The position numbers and the translations under genes are program-made. Under the pieces are notes generated by a model. It did not search any database and was not told the DNA's origin. It saw nothing but the letters and a program-made list of their open reading frames with translations. From an uncultured delta proteobacterium (GTDB lineage Bacteria; Myxococcota; Myxococcia; Myxococcales; Anaeromyxobacteraceae), in NCBI GenBank assembly GCA_963814585.1, contig CAWFDF010000014.1, positions 513,074 to 577,073 on the forward strand: DNA of 64,000 bases, written 5' to 3'. Shown here piece after piece: positions 58,667 through 64,000 of the stretch. How positions within the stretch are numbered: the first letter of the stretch is position 1; the number at the start of each line of letters is the position of its first letter.

Positions 58667-59822
58667 CGCGTGCCTCTCCGCGTCCGAGCGCCTGCTCCAG
58701 GTCGGCGATCAGGTCGTCCGCGTCCTCGATGCCCGACCGAGAGCCGCAGCAGCGTCTCGGTGATGCCGAGCCGCGCGCGCAGTTCCGGCTCGATGTCGGC
58801 GTGGGTCTGCAGCCAGGGGAAGGTGATCAGCGACTCGACGCCGCCGAGGCTCTCGGCAAACGAGATCAGCTGCAGTCGGCCGAGGAAGCGCGCTCGACCA
58901 GGTCGGGCGCGGCGACCTCGAAGGCGATCATGGCGCCGAAGCCGCGGGCCTGCGCGCTGCATCAGCTCGTGGCCGGGGTGCGCCGGGCAGGCCGGGATAG
59001 AAGACCTTCGTGACGAGCGGGTGGTCTGCCGAGCCAGGCGGCGATCGTGCGGGCGTTCTCCTGCTGCCGGTCGAGCCGGACGCCGAGCGTCTTCAGGCCG
59101 CGGATGATCAGCCAGCTGTCCTGCGGGCCGAGCACGGCGCCGGCGGCGTTCTGATGGAAGTAGACCCGCTTCGGCCAGCTCCGGGTCCTTGACGACGACG
59201 AGCCCGCAGATCGTGTCGTTGTGGCCGGCCAGGTACTTGCTGCCGCTGTAGACGGCGATGTCGGCGCCCAGATCGAGCGGGCGCAGCAGGTAGGGGTCAG
59301 GAAGGTGTTGTCGACGATGCACAGCGCCCCGCGCTCGCGGCAGAGCGCGGCGAGCGCCGGGATGTCGGCGATCTTGAGCAGCGGATTGGTGAGCGACTCG
59401 ACGAACAGCGCCCGGGTGTCGGGCCGGAACGCGGCGCGGACCGGCGTCGGTGTCGCTGGTGTCCACGTAGCGTGAAGGTCAGGCCGTACTGCTTGAAGAT
59501 CTGCTCGAAGAGCCGGTAGGTGCCGCCGTAGAGATCTTCGGTGACGACGAGGTGATCGCCCGGCTTGAAGAGCAGCAGCAGGCTCGTGATGGCCGCCATC
59601 CCCGACGAGTAGGCGAAGCCGCGGGCGCCGCCGTCGAGCAGCGCCATGCCCTCCTCGAGCGCCTGGCGGGTGGGGTTGCCCGAGCGCGCTGTAGTCGTAG
59701 CCGGTGCTCTGCCCGAGTCCGGGATGGCGGAAGGTGGCGGTCTGGTAGATCGGGACGGTCACCGCCCCGGTGCGCGTGTCCCACTCCAGCCCGATGTGGA
59801 CGGCCTGCGTCGCGATGTTCAT
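58663..59822 (-). CDS. Cys/Met PLP transsulfuration enzyme (cystathionine gamma-synthase-like; frameshifted)
   Basis: VPIYQTATF, YSSGMAAI, DLYGGTYR, ESLTNP, DNTFLT, YSGSKYLAGHND, AESLGGVESL. Confidence 0.88.
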
Positions 59823-59884
59823 GGCACCTCCCGTCAGCGGCGACTCCTCCGGCCGCGCCCGTTATGAATACCACAAATTGCGGG

Positions 59885-60843
59885 CTAGACTCCGATCCCC
59901 TCGAAGAGCGCGGTCGAAAGGTAGCGCTCCGCGAGGTCGGGGAGGACGACGACGATGGTCTTGCCGGCGAAAGCCTCGTCGAAGGCGAGGCGGGTCGCGG
60001 CGGCCGCCGCCGCGCCGCTGGAGATGCCGACCAGCAGTCCTTCCTCGCGGGCCAGGCGGCGGGCGAAATCGATCGCCTCGGCGCTGTCGACCTGCTCGAC
60101 GCGGTCGACGATCGAGAGATCGAGATTGTCCGGGATGAACCCGGCGCCGATCCCCTGGATCTTGTGCGGTCCGGGCTTGATCGGCTCGCCGGCGCGCTTC
60201 TGGGTGATCACGGGGCTCTCCTTCGGTTCGACGGCGACGGAGAGAATCTGTTTCTTCTTCGTGTGCTTGATGTAGCGCGAGATGCCGGTGATCGTGCCGC
60301 CGGTGCCGACGCCCGAGACGAGGATGTCGATGGCACCGTCGGTGTCGTCCCAGATCTCGGGCCCCGTCGTCTGCTCGTGGATCGCCGGGTTGGCGGGTTC
60401 CTGAACTGCTGCGGCAGAAAGTAGCGATGCGGGTCCGACGCGGCGATCTCCTCGGCGCGCGCGATGGTTCCCTTCATCCCTTCGGCGCCGGGGGTCAGGA
60501 TGAGATTCGCCCCGAGCGACGCGAGCACGCGGCGCCGCTCGATACTGAAGGTCTCGGGCATCGTCAGCGTCAGCGTGTATCCCCGCGCCGCGGCCACGAA
60601 GGCCAGGGCGATCCCGGTGTTGCCGCTGGTCGGCTCGATGATCTCGACGCCCGGCTTGAGAACACCGCGCTTTTCCGCGTCCCAGATCATGTTGGCGCCG
60701 ATGCGGCACTTGATCGAGAAGGAGGGATTTCGTCCCTCTACTTTAGCCAGCACGATGGCTTTGGCGCCCTTGGCGACGCTGTTGAGCCGCACCAGCGGGG
60801 TGTTCCCGATCGACTGTGAGTTGTCCTCGAACATTTTGCTCAT
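59885..60843 (-). CDS. cysK: Cysteine synthase A, copy 2 (frameshift near 60395)
   Basis: [53 protein letters not shown]. Confidence 0.94.
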
Positions 60844-60884
60844 GTACAGCTCCTTTCTCGATGGTTTTATTAAACACTAGTGTA

Positions 60885-60912
60885 ATTATAGCAAAACTAT
60901 TGTTCAAGTCAA
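60885..60912 (-). promoter_or_regulatory. Sigma70 promoter (extended -10) of the cysK2 operon
   Basis: TTGACT-N16-TATAAT with TG extension; ACACTAGTGT palindrome just downstream. Confidence 0.6.
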
Positions 60913-60998
60913 GCAAATTCTTCCTTCGTTGGAAAAATCGACCAACCGTGTGGCTTCAGGCGTTGTTCTTTCGGCAACCTGTCGTTATCATTATAACG

Positions 60999-62126
60999 AT
61001 GAGCGCGCAGCCAGGAGGACAGCACCTCCCCTTCACGGAGACCCTGAAGATCCTGTGTCCTTCGCTGCTCGCCATGGGGCTCTTTGTCGTGGCGATCTTC
61101 GGCGTTCTGCTCCCGGCGACGGAGCGGGGCCTGGTGTTCCAGAAGAGGACGGCACTCACCGCGCTGACGCAGACGGCACGGGAAATCCTGAGCTATTACG
61201 AGGCGCAGGTGCGGGAAGGGACGCTGTCGGAGGACGCGGCCAAGGAACTCGCCGCGCGCCAGCTCCGGGAGCTCCGGTACGGTCCCGAGGGCAAGGATTA
61301 CTACTGGATCAACGACATGCGCCCCTTCATGGTGATGCACCCGTATCGGCCCGACCTCGACGGGCACGACCTGTCGGATTTCGCGGACCCGAACGGGAAG
61401 CGCCTGTTCAAGGAGTTCGTCGAGGTGGCCGCCAGGGACGGATCCGGCTTCGTGGAGTACATGTGGCAGTGGAAGGACGACCCGAACCGCATCGTCCCGA
61501 AGCTCTCCTACGTCGAGATCTTCGAGCCGTGGGGCTGGATCATCGGCACCGGCGTGTATCTCGAGGATGTCCGCGAGGAGATCGCCGCCCTCACCAGGAA
61601 GATCGTCACGGTTTCGGCGGCGATCCTCCTGGTGATTGCCGCCTTGTCGGCGCTCATCATCCGCCAGGGGCTCCACGAGACAAGACGGCGCATGCACGCC
61701 GAGGCAGCGCTCAGGAGACACCAGGATCAGCTGGAGGCCCTCGTCGGGCAGCGCACCGCCGATCTTCAGCAGGCCCTCGCAAACGTGAAGAGACTCAGCG
61801 GCTTTCTGCCGATCTGCGCCTCGTGCAAGAAGATTCGCGACGACAAGGGGTACTGGAACCAGATCGAGGAGTACATCCGCGACCACTCCGAGGCCGATTT
61901 CAGCCACGGCATCTGTCCCGATTGCGTCCGGACACTGTACCCGGAGTTCGGTGACCACGAGGGCTTTGGGAAAGGGGGACGAAGGGGGGCGAGCTCCGCG
62001 ACGGGCGGTAGGTACCGGGTGCGACCCCGGTCTCCAGCAGGGCGACGAACGCGCCGCCGATGCCGTGGCGGTGCGGCCAGGTGCGCAGGAAACCCCGGGA
62101 CGTCAGCAGTTCCTCGAGGTTTTTGA
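60999..62126 (+). CDS. Membrane sensor: TM-single Cache-TM-coiled coil-C-terminal CxxC/HxxCxxC domain (3' end uncertain)
   Basis: LRYG..DYYWIND..MVMHP..D.NGK..F..G.GFV.Y.W..PK.SYV..F.PWGW.IGTGVY; LPICASCKKIRDD.GYW..SHGICPDC. Confidence 0.85.
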   Translation: MSAQPGGQHLPFTETLKILCPSLLAMGLFVVAIFGVLLPATERGLVFQKRTALTALTQTAREILSYYEAQVREGTLSEDAAKELAARQLRELRYGPEGKDYYWINDMRPFMVMHPYRPDLDGHDLSDFADPNGKRLFKEFVEVAARDGSGFVEYMWQWKDDPNRIVPKLSYVEIFEPWGWIIGTGVYLEDVREEIAALTRKIVTVSAAILLVIAALSALIIRQGLHETRRRMHAEAALRRHQDQLEALVGQRTADLQQALANVKRLSGFLPICASCKKIRDDKGYWNQIEEYIRDHSEADFSHGICPDCVRTLYPEFGDHEGFGKGGRRGASSATGGRYRVRPRSPAGRRTRRRCRGGAARCAGNPGTSAVPRGF

Positions 62127-63380
62127 TTTCACGGGCCGCCGGAGGTTGAGCGCCGATCTTCGCCACCCGGAAATCCCGACGCGTCTTGAGGAACCGGGTG
62201 ATCACCTCCTCGCCCTCCTCGGGCTCCGTCGAGCAGGTGCTGAAGACGATCCGGCCGCCGGGGGCGAGCAGGTCCGCCGAGCGATCGAGGAGCCGCAGTT
62301 GAAGCTCGGCGAGGCGCTTGGGGTCCGAGGCGCGTTTTGACCCACTTGATCTCCGGGTGGCGCGGGATCGTCCCGAGCGAGCTGCAGGGTGCGTCGAGCA
62401 GGACGGCGTCGAAGCGCTCGTCGCCGCAGGTCGCCGGGTCGAGCAGGTCGCCGCGGCGCGGCTCGATCCCTTCGGCGCCGAGACGGCGGGCGTTCTCGGC
62501 GAGGCGGGCCAGGCGGCCTGAGTCCTGGTCGACGGCGACGATCGTCGCGCCGTTGCCGGAGAGTTCAGCGATCTGCGTCGCCTTGCCGCCGACGCCGGTG
62601 CAGGCGTCGAGGATTCGTTCGCCGGGGCGCGGCGCCAGCACCAGCGCGGCGAGCTGCGAGGACTCGTCCTGGAAGTAGATCGCCCCCTCGCGAAAAGGCG
62701 CGGTCCCCGTCAGCGCCCCGGCGCCGCGCACCCGCAGGGCGTCGGGCGCGAACCGCCCGGGCTCGATCTCGAAACCGGCCGCGGTGAGTGCGTCGGAGAC
62801 CTCGGTGCGACGTGGCGCGCAGGCGGTTCACCCGCAGGTGCGGGGGAGGGTGGGTGTTCATCGCCTCCAGCAGATGCACGGTCTCGGCCGCACCGAGCCG
62901 TTTCACCCAGCGTCGGACCATCCAGTGCGGGAAGGAGTGGATGGTGGCGAGCCAGGCGAGTTCGTCGCTGAAATCCCCGCGCTGCGGCTGGTTGACGGCG
63001 TCTTCCCCGACGCGCCGCAGCAGCCAGTTCACGAAGCCGGCGGTCTGCGGGGCGAGCGTCCGGGCCAGGTCCACGCTCGCCGAGACCGCGGCATAGGCAG
63101 GGACCGACGGGGTGAACAGGAGTTGATAGACGCCGATGCGGGCGGCGGCCAGGGCCGGCGGGACGATGCGCTCGATTTCCTTGCCGGCGGCGTGGGCGAC
63201 GATCCAGTCGACCCGCGAGAGGTGGCGGACGACGCCGTGGGCGATCTCGGCGGCGAAGCGCTCGTCGCGCGGATCGAGACGGCTCGCCTCTTCGTCCCGT
63301 GAGCCGCCCTCGCGGCGGTTCCCGAGCAGCGCGTCGATCAGACGGGCGGCGTGCTCTCGTGCCGTCATTGGAGATGTCAT
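62030..63380 (-). CDS. rsmB: 16S rRNA m5C967 methyltransferase RsmB/Sun (frameshifts; 3' end approximate)
   Basis: NusB-like N-terminus (YAAV..V, GFVN..LR), HSFP.W, LRVN, FQDESSQ, DACTGVGGK, DAPCSSLG..RHPE, FSTCS, PHRHG. Confidence 0.9.
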
Positions 63381-63464
63381 GGGAGATTCATACCACGACA
63401 CTCCGATGAAGAGCCACGAAAAATCATCGTATCGGACGAAAATTCACTGCGGTCGCGTTACCGT

Positions 63465-63660
63465 GCGGGCGGTGGCGGGGCGGTGCCGGGCGGTCGCCAG
63501 CTGCGCGCTCGACCGCAGCGTGTCCGCCCCTGCGCTCGAAGCGTGCAACTCGCCCTTCGGGCTCAAACAGCACGCTTCGCCCCTGCGGGGACGCTCCGGT
63601 GCGGCCGCTGCGGTTCCCTCGCGCTCCGCCATGCGCCCGCCCGTCCCCGCCCCGCCCCCG
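63465..63660. repeat. Long nested hairpin element with a C(UUCG)G apex
   Basis: ACCGCAGCG/CGCTGCGGT, CGAAGCGTGC/GCACGCTTCG, GCCCTTCGGGC. Confidence 0.6.
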
Positions 63661-63672
63661 CCCTGTCCATAA

Positions 63673-63806
63673 CGGAGAGGTCGATCAAAATGGGTCTAGA
63701 TGCAAGGCGGGCGCCAAGTGGATGCCGAGGCGTACGAGTTGTACGCTCGCAGGCAGACGCGCGAAGCCCAACGCAGCAGCCAGGCCATTTTCAGCGGCCG
63801 TAACGG
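63673..63806 (-). repeat. Structured ~130-bp MITE/REP-like repeat, copy 3
   Basis: Reverse complement starts CCGTTACGGCCGCTGAAAA (19 nt identical to copy 1) and ends CCTCTCCG like copy 1. Confidence 0.85.
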
Positions 63807-64000
63807 GAAGCGAGGCGACTGTGGTGTCACCGAGGGAAGATGCGCGGAGCCGCCGAAAGCCCGGAGATGTGCATGCGATCAAACATCAAAGCTAAATAAT
63901 GCAGAGACTAAAAATAATATTAAGCAATAGTTAGTAATACGAAGACAATATGAATATATGTAACTATTCTATGACTGCTTCATGATATTCAAGTTGTTTA

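Overview
The window looks like two unrelated genomic segments joined at about 44969, where nuoL (+) and a TIGR03960-type radical SAM gene (-) are both cut mid-gene. Scattered single-base indels break many conserved genes and look like uncorrected long-read errors. The left part (1-~44969) is very GC-rich, with myxobacterial/Anaeromyxobacter-like gene order (inferred). It carries spoIID-queA-pilZ-tgt-yajC-secDF, dedA, a Zn-ribbon/Pro-His-repeat membrane protein, two divergent KamA-family radical SAM genes, a ridA-rel-FHA-Ser/Thr kinase-FHA-dksA-diadenylate cyclase signalling cluster, an ArnT-like transferase, moaB, ampG, a small accessory islet and two back-to-back complex I (nuo) operons. The right part carries a radical SAM gene, rluD-like, tRNA-Leu(GAG), GT4, a PocR-GAF-GGDEF cyclase, pyrE, rpe, an Rrf2-headed Cys/Met cluster sitting between rpe and rsmB, three copies of a ~130-bp structured MITE-like repeat, and an AT-rich right edge. 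The best candidate for an undescribed system is a two-gene unit at 27690-28912. It encodes an Ig-like lipoprotein ending in W-D-x3-W-D-x3-W, followed by a secreted protein built like a phage tail fibre (FxAGTxIxAxxVNxxF motif, coiled coil, beta head). My hypothesis is that this is a lipoprotein-anchored trimeric surface fibre.
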